DNA of 32,000 bases from positions 60,001 through 92,000 of the forward strand of contig NC_010814.1 in assembly GCF_000020385.1 (NCBI RefSeq). Direction: 5' to 3'. A model generated the notes under the pieces. It did not search any database. It worked only from the letters and a program-made list of their open reading frames with translations, and had not been told where the DNA came from. Below, in pieces: positions 1-7,384 of this stretch. A program made the position numbers and the translations under genes. This stretch comes from Trichlorobacter lovleyi SZ (lineage in GTDB: Bacteria; Desulfobacterota; Desulfuromonadia; Geobacterales; Pseudopelobacteraceae). Position 1 is the first letter of the stretch, and each line of letters starts with the position of its first letter.

Positions 1-541
1 CGATCCCCACATCCTCCAGTTCATCGGCTGTCAGTCCGAACACCTCGGCATGTACCAGCAACGAAAGGGAGGCAACATGCACACTGTGGGCAAAGGTATA
101 AAAATCGTGGTTAACAACCGCGTGCAGGGCCTCCAGCGGATTCGGGTTGCCGGCGATATACTGCATCAACTGGCGGACCAGATTGCGGCAGCGGTCCAGG
201 TTTGAGAGCTTGTCCGGCATCTCGAAGACATCCATGACGTAGTTCATGGCAACCTGGGAAAGCAGCTGACCCTTGACCGGCCCGGAGATTTCATCAGAGG
301 CCAGGATTTCCGAGATGCTTTCTTCAAGGAAATCGCAGACCTCTCTGATACTGCCGGCGTTTATATAGAGATGTTCCACCTGATTGTTGTGCAGCCGCTG
401 CAGGTCAGCCCTGGTGATTGGCCGGTCGGCCGGTTTATACAGCACCAGATTGGTGCCGCTCTGCATGTACAGGGCAACCTGCGGGAATTTTTCAGGATTG
501 ATACAGGCGGTATGGACCGGTCGATACTTTTCATCAAACAT
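1..541 (-). CDS. HD / HD-GYP-type phosphohydrolase, N-terminal part (3' end runs off the window start)
   Basis: Own minus-strand translation from ATG at 541-539 gives MFDEKYRPVHTACINPEKF...AVVNHDFYTFAHSVHVASLSLLVHAEVFGLTADELEDVGI, open to position 1. It carries an HD..T..HS..V motif. It is absent from the ORF track because no stop lies in the window. Confidence 0.7.
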   Translation of the reverse strand, partial: MFDEKYRPVHTACINPEKFPQVALYMQSGTNLVLYKPADRPITRADLQRLHNNQVEHLYINAGSIREVCDFLEESISEILASDEISGPVKGQLLSQVAMNYVMDVFEMPDKLSNLDRCRNLVRQLMQYIAGNPNPLEALHAVVNHDFYTFAHSVHVASLSLLVHAEVFGLTADELEDVGI

Positions 542-647
542 GGTAGCTGCTCCAAAGGTGGCTTTAAATGCCTTGTCTGGGCTGGACCAGGATTTCGGCT
601 GCCGGGTATTCTACATGAAATCAGACAGCCGGGCTGCAGATTTTTGG

Positions 648-1232
648 TTACTGCTGCTGCAGCTCCTGCCACCTGAAGCAGTCAACGGTATGGTCATTCA
701 CCATCCCCACCGCCTGCATCATGGCATAGCAGATGGTACTGCCCACAAAGCGGAAACCGTGCTTTTTCAGGTCACGGCTCAGGCTATCGGAAACCGCTGT
801 GCTGGCAGGCACCTCCTTGATGCTGCGCCAGCTGTTCTGGATCGGTCTGCCATCCACAAAACGCCACATATAGGCATCAAAGGAACCAAACTGCTCCTGC
901 ACCTGCAAAAAGGCGCGGGCATTGCTGATGGCTGATGCCACCTTCAGGCGGTTGCGTACAATACCGGGGTTTAGCAGCAGCTCTGCAACCTTCTGCTCAT
1001 CAAAGCGGGCCACCACAGTTGGATCAAAGTTCTCAAAAACAGTTCGATAGGCTGCCCGTTTACGCAGAATCGTGATCCAGGACAGTCCGGCCTGGGCCCC
1101 CTCCAGGATCAGGAACTCAAACAGCAGCCGGTCATCGTGCACCGGCACACCCCACTCAAGGTCGTGGTAGTCGCGGTAAAGCGGGTCACTGCCTGCCCAG
1201 GCGCAGCGGGTTGGTTGGCTGTTGGTGGTCAT
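648..1232 (-). CDS. tag: DNA-3-methyladenine glycosylase I
   Basis: 194-aa ORF with typical Tag signatures: YHD.EWG.P, ILEG.QAGLSW.TIL.KR, and a C-terminal CYAMMQAVGMVNDH..C. GAGG lies 5 nt upstream of the ATG. Confidence 0.93.
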   Translation of the reverse strand: MTTNSQPTRCAWAGSDPLYRDYHDLEWGVPVHDDRLLFEFLILEGAQAGLSWITILRKRAAYRTVFENFDPTVVARFDEQKVAELLLNPGIVRNRLKVASAISNARAFLQVQEQFGSFDAYMWRFVDGRPIQNSWRSIKEVPASTAVSDSLSRDLKKHGFRFVGSTICYAMMQAVGMVNDHTVDCFRWQELQQQ

Positions 1233-1252
1233 GGGAACCTCATGGGGGAACG

Positions 1253-1376
1253 GTTTAACGGGTTGCCGCTGAGCCGCGAGCGGTGTTGCTAGGCTAACCT
1301 GCCAACGGACGACCGAGAAACAGGTGAAATGCAGCGCACAGTACGCCGGTCCGAGTTGATTGAGCCGTTAGGGATT
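1253..1376 (-). repeat. Possible attC-like junction downstream of hicB (inverse-core-like CCCTAAC ... CCCGTTAAAC)
   Basis: Read on the minus strand, CCAATCCCTAACGG (rc of 1365-1378) begins 19-23 nt after the hicB stop. CCCGTTAAAC (rc of 1253-1262) lies just before the tag RBS. Only TAACGG/CCGTTA pair clearly and the internal pairing is poor. Confidence 0.3.
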
Positions 1377-1395
1377 GGATAGATTGAGTAGCTGA

Positions 1396-1722
1396 TTATG
1401 AAGCATGTGCCAGAACGTCAGACGCCCACTGGTTTATACTTACGCCATGAGCCTGCGCCATCATGGCTGCCCGAGCGTGGACTTCTGGTGGTACACGCAG
1501 CATGAGCTTGCCGGAGTACGGTTTTTGTGGTGCTCTTCCAACTCTTTCACAGGTTGCAAGATAGTCGTCAACTGCCTCCTCAAACGCTGCTCTCAGTTCT
1601 TTCACGGTTTCCGCATGGAAGCCGATAACATCTTTGATGCCGGCAATATGCCCGATAAAACATGCATCTTCGTCGCTATATTCAATTTTTGCAGCATAGC
1701 CCTTGAATGTCATTGTGCTCAT
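1396..1722 (-). CDS. hicB: HicB-family antitoxin
   Basis: 108 aa. N-terminal HicB fold pattern (FKGY.A.IEYSDED..F.G.I.GI.D.I.FH) and C-terminal RHH-like tail (L.LRVP.E.H..A...A...G.S.N.W). Its start overlaps the hicA stop as ATGA. Confidence 0.9.
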   Translation of the reverse strand: MSTMTFKGYAAKIEYSDEDACFIGHIAGIKDVIGFHAETVKELRAAFEEAVDDYLATCERVGRAPQKPYSGKLMLRVPPEVHARAAMMAQAHGVSINQWASDVLAHAS

Positions 1723-1973
1723 GGTTTTACTCCTGCGTTCTCCAGGAACGCCCTTGCATCTTTAACTTGATATGGTTTGGCCTCTTTTGCAGGGTGCGGG
1801 CGATGAAAAGTACCAATTATGCCGTTTAGCTCAAACCTGACCCTTGAACCGTTGCCTTCAATTGTTTGTGCACCGAGTGCAACGAACAATGATTCAATTT
1901 TTCTCCATTCCAAAGTTGCTGGAACAGGAAGTGAAAAAATAGCAAGCAGTGTGCTACGGTGAGATTTATTCAT
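1719..1973 (-). CDS. hicA: HicA-family mRNA-interferase toxin
   Basis: 84 aa with the pattern W..IE.L...LG......GS.V.F.....I..FHRPHP.KE. It lies upstream of and overlaps hicB by 4 nt, the canonical hicA-hicB order. Confidence 0.85.
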   Translation of the reverse strand: MNKSHRSTLLAIFSLPVPATLEWRKIESLFVALGAQTIEGNGSRVRFELNGIIGTFHRPHPAKEAKPYQVKDARAFLENAGVKP

Positions 1974-2007
1974 GAATTAAGGTTACCAAAGTGTCTATAG
2001 GAGTGCA

Positions 2008-2020
2008 ATCAAATATTGAT
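2008..2020 (-). promoter_or_regulatory. Candidate HicB operator palindrome ATCAAATATTGAT
   Basis: 13-bp palindrome (ATCAA-ATA-TTGAT) 35-47 nt upstream of the hicA ATG. The position suits antitoxin autoregulation. It is short and sits in AT-rich DNA. Confidence 0.3.
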
Positions 2021-2035
2021 ATCATTGTTTTGAAT

Positions 2036-2093
2036 CCCTAACGGGGCTGAGGCTGACCGGCATGTTTTAGGCCGGTCTTGGCGCAGGTTGGAC
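2036..2093 (-). repeat. 58-bp attC/59-be-like imperfect palindrome (element B) downstream of the AbiGi-like gene
   Basis: The minus strand reads GTCCAAC-ctgcgccaa-GACCGGC-ctaaaacat-GCCGGTC-agcctcag-CCCCGTTAGGG. GTCCAAC fits RYYYAAC exactly and starts 12 nt after the AbiGi stop. The 7-bp stem is 2055-2061/2071-2077. Confidence 0.55.
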
Positions 2094-2104
2094 AACATTC
2101 TTTT

Positions 2105-2902
2105 TTAAAAGTCTTTTCTTATTTGTTCCATCGTAATGATTCTAGTTGTTAATAAATCAATATCATCTTTGGAATATTTTGCTTTTATATATCTGAGCTT
2201 TTTTATAAAGTCTAAGACTTCTGTCTCACTGTCTAGGATGATATATTTTATGTCGCTTGGGGAAAATGATAGTTTGAATTGTTGTAGCTTTGTATTGTTA
2301 TAGTTTCGTATATCGTCGGCAGTAAATTCTTCTTTAGTCAATGAAGGTTTAAACTTATATTGCAGCATAGAATCAAGAGATGGTACATATCTCCACTCCC
2401 TTTCATCGTAAAACCTTACACCATCAACATATTTACCATTTCTCCACAGGGTTCCTTCATAAGGCTTGGACATAAATAAAAACAGTTCTAAATAAACCGC
2501 AATAAAGTCAAGAGTGGCTGGTTTTATTGAATTTAAATCTATGAGCTTACCAACGCTTTCATGATAGCTACCACGTAAATAGCCAGCAGTGGTGGCTTTT
2601 TCATAGGTATACAAAACAGGCGATATGCCTTTTGACTTCCCCCAATCTTTACTCAATCCAATGGCATAATTACCATAATTCTTTGCATGATTTCGTATGC
2701 TTGACAGTGGAATATCACAAAAACATACCATTGGTATTGCTCTTTCGCATAAATGAGGCAGACGATTGTGTTTAGAATTGAACATGGAATGATCTTCTAA
2801 GCAATATCGCGGATAAAACTCATTTACAAGTATACTCTCAAGGATTGATAAGCTGCTTGTGTAATGAAATAAGGTATCTGCACTTATAGGATTATAGTCC
2901 AT
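2105..2902 (-). CDS. AbiGi-family abortive-infection protein (solo, no AbiGii partner)
   Basis: 265 aa. N-terminus ...ADTLFHYTSSLSILESILVNEFYPRYCLED..., plus CFCDIPLS and YDEREWRY motifs as I recall for the AbiGi family. Very AT-rich (about 30-35% GC by eye) against about 60% in the flanks. Confidence 0.7.
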   Translation of the reverse strand: MDYNPISADTLFHYTSSLSILESILVNEFYPRYCLEDHSMFNSKHNRLPHLCERAIPMVCFCDIPLSSIRNHAKNYGNYAIGLSKDWGKSKGISPVLYTYEKATTAGYLRGSYHESVGKLIDLNSIKPATLDFIAVYLELFLFMSKPYEGTLWRNGKYVDGVRFYDEREWRYVPSLDSMLQYKFKPSLTKEEFTADDIRNYNNTKLQQFKLSFSPSDIKYIILDSETEVLDFIKKLRYIKAKYSKDDIDLLTTRIITMEQIRKDF

Positions 2903-2991
2903 TGGTAACCCACATAAATATTGATGATATTTTTGTATAATTTCGAAAAAGCAGTTTTATCAGTTGTTCAACTCGTTAATCTGCGGTTTCC

Positions 2992-3019
2992 CGATATGCG
3001 TAACTTGTTACCTATATCG
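2992..3019. repeat. 28-bp imperfect palindrome CGATAT-gc-GTAAC-tt-GTTAC-ct-ATATCG upstream of the AbiGi unit
   Basis: Read directly from the sequence. It lies 19 nt beyond the GTTCAAC box (2966-2972), the same relative position as the GC palindromes at the other two cargo genes. Confidence 0.4.
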
Positions 3020-3331
3020 GCTACTTGTTCCTCATATAAGTAACCACCCAGCCAGCTCAAAAATCCATCAGCGCTGCAAATATTCAATCGCAGAATCAGC
3101 GGGTTATCCGTGTTTATGTAAATTGTCAATTCAATTTACAATTTGCACAACAGGGTCAACTGCCGGTAAAAAAGTGAGAAAAACAGGGGTACCACACGTC
3201 TTTATCGAGGTTGTGCATCCCATTGATTCTACTCCCAGGTCTGGAACAGAGCTTCTCGGTTCAAAACCGCTCAGCCTTCATTCATCGGGGCAGAAACCGT
3301 ACTGGTAATCACTGGGGCACACTGCACAAAC

Positions 3332-3763
3332 CTAATCCGTGATTTCCACGTAGCCCCACCATTGGTCTGTGGTGGTGAATATGTTGCATTTGATGTTGGG
3401 CGGACAGGTACTGGTGGAAAATCTTACCGCAGGGGCAGAGGATTGCGTGCCTCCAAAGTAACGGCAGGTGCACTCGGGTGCCGTGCCGTGTTTAAACTTG
3501 AATGTGCCATTGCACATACCGGCAGTGGTCGTAAATTTAGTGTTTGCCTGACTGTTGGGGGGGATCGTGCAGGGGCCGTTTTCGCTGGTACATGCGCCAG
3601 TGAACCATACATTGCCATGACCGGCATCCACGGTAATAGTTACGGGCTGGCTTGAGCTGTTTTTAACCGCACGATTCCAGCTTTCACCCCAGGCATTGGA
3701 GAAGCTGATAAAGAAAAGGCTTAAAAACAGAAGCACTGTCCGCCGTTGCCATTGTGTATTCAT
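3332..3763 (-). CDS. Secreted Cys-rich small protein (143 aa) if translated from the internal ATG
   Basis: The ATG at 3763-3761 is preceded by AAGGAG (rc of 3772-3777) at 8-nt spacing. The N-terminus MNTQWQRRTVLLFLSLFFISFSNAWG is a classical Sec signal peptide. The mature part has 7 Cys and no family I recognise. Confidence 0.55.
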   Translation of the reverse strand: MNTQWQRRTVLLFLSLFFISFSNAWGESWNRAVKNSSSQPVTITVDAGHGNVWFTGACTSENGPCTIPPNSQANTKFTTTAGMCNGTFKFKHGTAPECTCRYFGGTQSSAPAVRFSTSTCPPNIKCNIFTTTDQWWGYVEITD

Positions 3764-5194
3764 CTTTAGATCTCCTTGCTGTATGGGATAACGAGCGACT
3801 GCTGAGATTCCACCTCTTGCATTGGCGTGTGAAATCTCCAGGTCATTGACCTGAACAAAGGCCGGTACCACGATCGCAGTGGGGTTACGGGCGCCATAAC
3901 TACTGGAGGTGTTACTGACGACCTGGGTTTGGGAGAGCCAGGCCAGCCTGTTACCAAATATATCCAGCAGGCTTTGGGTGATGCGCACATTGTAGGGCAC
4001 GACCACGGAGCCCTCTTTGGTGAGCAGCAACGCGCCAAAGCGCGAACTGGCCGTGATCAGCCCTGTGGAGGGGTTGACGATATTCAGGTAATGCAAGGAG
4101 GGAATGTACAGCAGGTCATTGCTGTGGGGCAGGTCAACCAGTTCTTTGAGCGTGCTGACCTGCGTGTTACCACCGGCCAGTACAAGGCTCTTGTGCATGA
4201 CCGTGTGCCCGGTGGGTGCGGTGCCAAACTCATCCGCATCATCCTGGGACCAGGTGAATGACCGGAACACCCCGTTGGCAAAGATCGGGAACGGTTTGCG
4301 CGGCATGCCCATGAAATCGCGCTGAAACGGGAATGTGTCCAGACAGGTGGGATCATCGCTCAGGGTAAACCGGCTTGATAAAACCTTTTGGCCGACCTGA
4401 TCCCCGGTTATGAAGGAAAACCCGCGTTTCATGGAGCCGCCGTCAAAACCGATGAAGTTCATAATGTCAATCAGTTCCGCAATGGCAGCAGAGCCGAACA
4501 CGACATCATACCTGCCCAGCGCTAGCTGACAGGGCGTATCCTGTTGGTACTGCTCCAGCAGGAAGGCCAGGTCACGGTGCAGCGCGGACGGGTCCAGGTC
4601 AGTTATTTGCCGGGCCGACTGCTCGGCCAGCAGTTCCCATTTGCGGGTGGCATGCGACAGGACAATGCTGATCTGCGCATCCGTGGTCTTGAAATACTGG
4701 CAGTGTTCCGAACGGGTGGTGATCTGCGCAAGGGTGGTCACACCAGTGGAAAAAATCCCGGAAAGCGTGATCTCATCCGCTTCAAGTCCTGCCACAGCCT
4801 GATTGAAAAACTCCAGGCGTGCCGCATTGGTGATCCCGGCCAGGCCGGCATCAAAGCCGCTTTCATCAATAAATGTTTCTGAAAAGGCCGGCATGGTGGG
4901 CTGGTAGTCCAGCGCCTGAGCATGCTTGACCATCTCTGCAGCACGATCCACCCCCTGCCTCATCTCCGCCATATTGCCCAAGGCGGTGATCAGTTCAAAG
5001 CTGGCCCGTTTGCGCCCTTCATAGGCGGTGATCTCCAGACGCAGAAGATGTTCGTTGGTGTTGAGCGAAATGGCCGAGTTGGCGCACCGCATCAGACAGC
5101 TCTCTTCCTCGTGCAGGAAGAACGCGGCATCAATCTGTTTTGCAAGCGCATAGGTGCGCAGGTCGTGCAAGGTTTGCAGAATCTGTTCCTTCAC
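3332..5194 (-). CDS. PmbA/TldE-family metallopeptidase-like protein whose ORF lacks a stop and continues in frame into a signal-peptide/Cys-rich module
   Basis: 620-aa ORF. GTG start at 5194 lies 2 nt after the tldD stop, with AGGAGAG upstream. Residues 1 to about 459 look like the TldD/PmbA family without HExxxH. An 18-aa linker (RGGISAVARYPIQQGDLK) and the module below follow. Confidence 0.8.
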   Translation of the reverse strand: MKEQILQTLHDLRTYALAKQIDAAFFLHEEESCLMRCANSAISLNTNEHLLRLEITAYEGRKRASFELITALGNMAEMRQGVDRAAEMVKHAQALDYQPTMPAFSETFIDESGFDAGLAGITNAARLEFFNQAVAGLEADEITLSGIFSTGVTTLAQITTRSEHCQYFKTTDAQISIVLSHATRKWELLAEQSARQITDLDPSALHRDLAFLLEQYQQDTPCQLALGRYDVVFGSAAIAELIDIMNFIGFDGGSMKRGFSFITGDQVGQKVLSSRFTLSDDPTCLDTFPFQRDFMGMPRKPFPIFANGVFRSFTWSQDDADEFGTAPTGHTVMHKSLVLAGGNTQVSTLKELVDLPHSNDLLYIPSLHYLNIVNPSTGLITASSRFGALLLTKEGSVVVPYNVRITQSLLDIFGNRLAWLSQTQVVSNTSSSYGARNPTAIVVPAFVQVNDLEISHANARGGISAVARYPIQQGDLKMNTQWQRRTVLLFLSLFFISFSNAWGESWNRAVKNSSSQPVTITVDAGHGNVWFTGACTSENGPCTIPPNSQANTKFTTTAGMCNGTFKFKHGTAPECTCRYFGGTQSSAPAVRFSTSTCPPNIKCNIFTTTDQWWGYVEITD

Positions 5195-5196
5195 CG

Positions 5197-6651
5197 CTAC
5201 TCTCCTATGGTCACCTGGTCAAAACGGCAGACCGGCACGCCATGCCCCAACTGCATGATCTGATTGGGTTGACCCTTGCCGCAGTTATTCACACTGAGCA
5301 GCTCCCAGGTGGAGCGGTCCCCCACGGCTGAAAGCGCATTGTAGAACGGGATAGTCTCCCCCCGGTAGGTGGCGTTCTTGACAACCCGGGTAATTGCGCC
5401 ATCTTCCACCAGCCAGCCGATATCAACCGCAAAATGGAACTGCTCACGGTTGGAGCCGATGGACCAGCTCTTGTCGCCATCCAGGATGATCCCTTTTTCA
5501 GTGTTCCTGACGATCTCATCCAGCGAACCATCAGTGCCAGGGTCGATGTTGATGTTGGTCATACGCTCGATCGGCGCCCGGTAAAAGGCAGTGGCACGGT
5601 TGGCGCCGCCGCTGCCCTTGAAGATGGTTTTTCCGGCGCGGGCGTTGGCCTCAGCCACCATCTGGCGCCCGGTAATAGCGCCCACCAGCAGGCCCTGGTC
5701 AATCAGCAGGTTGTCCTGTGCCGGCACGCCATCATCATCATAACCAAAACTGCCGGGGGAGTTGGGAAGCGTGGCATCGGCGCGGGCGGTCAACTTGGGG
5801 GAACCGTATTGCAGCGTGCCAAAATCTTCCAACCTGACGAACGAGCCGCCCGCATAGGCCAGCTCATAGCCCAGGATGCGGTCCAGTTCCAGCGCATGGC
5901 CGATGGTTTCGTGGGTTTGCAGGTACATGATGCCGGGCAACAGGATGACGGAACGTACGTCCGTGGGGCAGGTCTCCGCCACCCGCACCGCATTCATCTC
6001 CTGCACGATCCGCTCGGCCTGCTCGTTGAACAAGGCCGGATCAATGGTTTCCCAACCACGGGTCGTGCTGTCGAGCGTGGGGTGGAACGTCCGTGCATGG
6101 GTCTCTCCGTGGCTGTCCAGCCCCATGACCTGCATCGAGGGAAACACCTCGATAATGCGCTTCTCGATCTCGCTTCCCTCGGAATCCAGGTACACGATCT
6201 GCTTGCGCGTGAAACTCAGCTCACAGACTCGCTGGCTGACGCCCGGCTGGTTCAGACGGTCGTCCAACGCCTTCATGAACCCTACCTTGTCTGCCAGCGG
6301 GATGGAAAACGGGTCAATCCGGTTCGGGCTGGAGAAGGTACCCTGCACAGGTGCCTTATCTGCCAGGTGAACCGGAAAGGTACACCGCTGCGCTGCCACA
6401 CGGGCGTTATCCAGGGCTTTGTCAAAAAGCGCGCTGAGGTTGCCCGCATCAGACGAGGCAGAAAACCCCCACGCCCCCTGGTACAAGACACGGATACCCA
6501 CCCCGCTCTCGCGGGATGCGGCAGCATTCTTCAAATTGCCATTCCATATCATCAGATGCTCGGTTTCTTCAACCGGATACCAGCGTGCATCAACGTAGGA
6601 CGCACCCGCTGTCTTCAGCCGTTCGATCTGCTCTTGTAATTGCTTACGCAT
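5197..6651 (-). CDS. tldD: TldD-family zinc metalloprotease
   Basis: 484 aa with the HETIGHALELD (HExxxH) motif and a TldD-like overall pattern. AAGGAAGGA lies upstream of the ATG. It is translationally coupled to the PmbA-like gene. Confidence 0.9.
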   Translation of the reverse strand: MRKQLQEQIERLKTAGASYVDARWYPVEETEHLMIWNGNLKNAAASRESGVGIRVLYQGAWGFSASSDAGNLSALFDKALDNARVAAQRCTFPVHLADKAPVQGTFSSPNRIDPFSIPLADKVGFMKALDDRLNQPGVSQRVCELSFTRKQIVYLDSEGSEIEKRIIEVFPSMQVMGLDSHGETHARTFHPTLDSTTRGWETIDPALFNEQAERIVQEMNAVRVAETCPTDVRSVILLPGIMYLQTHETIGHALELDRILGYELAYAGGSFVRLEDFGTLQYGSPKLTARADATLPNSPGSFGYDDDGVPAQDNLLIDQGLLVGAITGRQMVAEANARAGKTIFKGSGGANRATAFYRAPIERMTNINIDPGTDGSLDEIVRNTEKGIILDGDKSWSIGSNREQFHFAVDIGWLVEDGAITRVVKNATYRGETIPFYNALSAVGDRSTWELLSVNNCGKGQPNQIMQLGHGVPVCRFDQVTIGE

Positions 6652-6710
6652 TGTTCCTTCCTTGGCACCTGCTTGGTCTGTTACTGCCTGGTTGGCAATA
6701 ATCCTTAGAG

Positions 6711-7340
6711 CTACAGATGCCGGGTATCGGAGCGAATCGGAGTGACGCCATCTGCCGAATCCAGGGTAATAGGTATATCCGGCAGATTTTGGTAAACTTC
6801 CTCCACCGTGGCATAACGGGTCAGTACCTGCAGCACCTGCGGCAGCGGTGAGAGCAATACCTCCAGCAGATCAGCTTCATCCGGCTGATCAGGATGAAAG
6901 GCCAGCTGTTCTTTTGGCGGGCAGAACTGGGCATCCACCCCCGGCTTGTTGCCGCGCGCATCGATCCGGTACCAGCCATGACCCTCCAGCCAGACCGCGT
7001 TCAGGCCATGCAGGCAAAAAGGGGCGCCGTTGCCTGTCTTGGACAGGCGCTGGTAACACAGCCCGGCCGGGATGCCGTTGGCCCGCAGCAGGGCTGCCAG
7101 CAGATGGCTCTTGGCATAGCAGTAACCGGTGCCATACTCCAACACATCCGAGGCCACGCAGGTGACCGGATTCTGACGGTAATCCCAACTGTGCCTGATC
7201 TGGTCCCGCACAAACTCGAAACAGCGCCGGGCGATCTCTGTCTTGTCTGTTGATCCTGCGGACAGCAGTTTGGCCTTGACCAGTATGGCCGGATGCTGCC
7301 AGTTGATCCAGCTGCTCTGCTCAAGATACTTTTTCATCAT
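6711..7340 (-). CDS. Transglutaminase-like cysteine peptidase family protein
   Basis: Cys-His-Asp core: GTGYCYAKSHLLAALLRANGIPAGL, HGLNAVWLEGHGWYRIDAR. I prefer the start at MMKKY (7340, AAGGAA upstream) to the track's 7373. Confidence 0.85.
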   Translation of the reverse strand: MMKKYLEQSSWINWQHPAILVKAKLLSAGSTDKTEIARRCFEFVRDQIRHSWDYRQNPVTCVASDVLEYGTGYCYAKSHLLAALLRANGIPAGLCYQRLSKTGNGAPFCLHGLNAVWLEGHGWYRIDARGNKPGVDAQFCPPKEQLAFHPDQPDEADLLEVLLSPLPQVLQVLTRYATVEEVYQNLPDIPITLDSADGVTPIRSDTRHL

Positions 7341-7384
7341 GTCGGTTCCTTGGTGATGCAAATATACACACAATACGTTGCTTT

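Noticed and set aside
384-935. 183-aa + strand ORF, plus the 361-676 ORFs on both strands
   Set aside because: They overlap tag and the HD-domain gene, whose minus-strand translations have clear family motifs. These alternatives have none.
2964-3308. 114-aa + strand ORF in the AT-rich spacer
   Set aside because: It has a non-ATG start, no SD and an unprotein-like composition, and it crosses several palindromes. The region is treated as non-coding.
5434-6639. 401-aa + strand ORF
   Set aside because: It lies entirely antisense to the well-supported tldD gene. The composition is Arg/Ala/Gly/Pro/Leu-rich, typical of shadow frames in GC-rich DNA, with no RBS or recognisable motifs.
6652-6710. 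GCCAAC box after the transglutaminase-like stop as another cassette junction
   Set aside because: There is no adjacent imperfect palindrome, no CCCCGTTA end and no compositional shift. It is probably a chance match.
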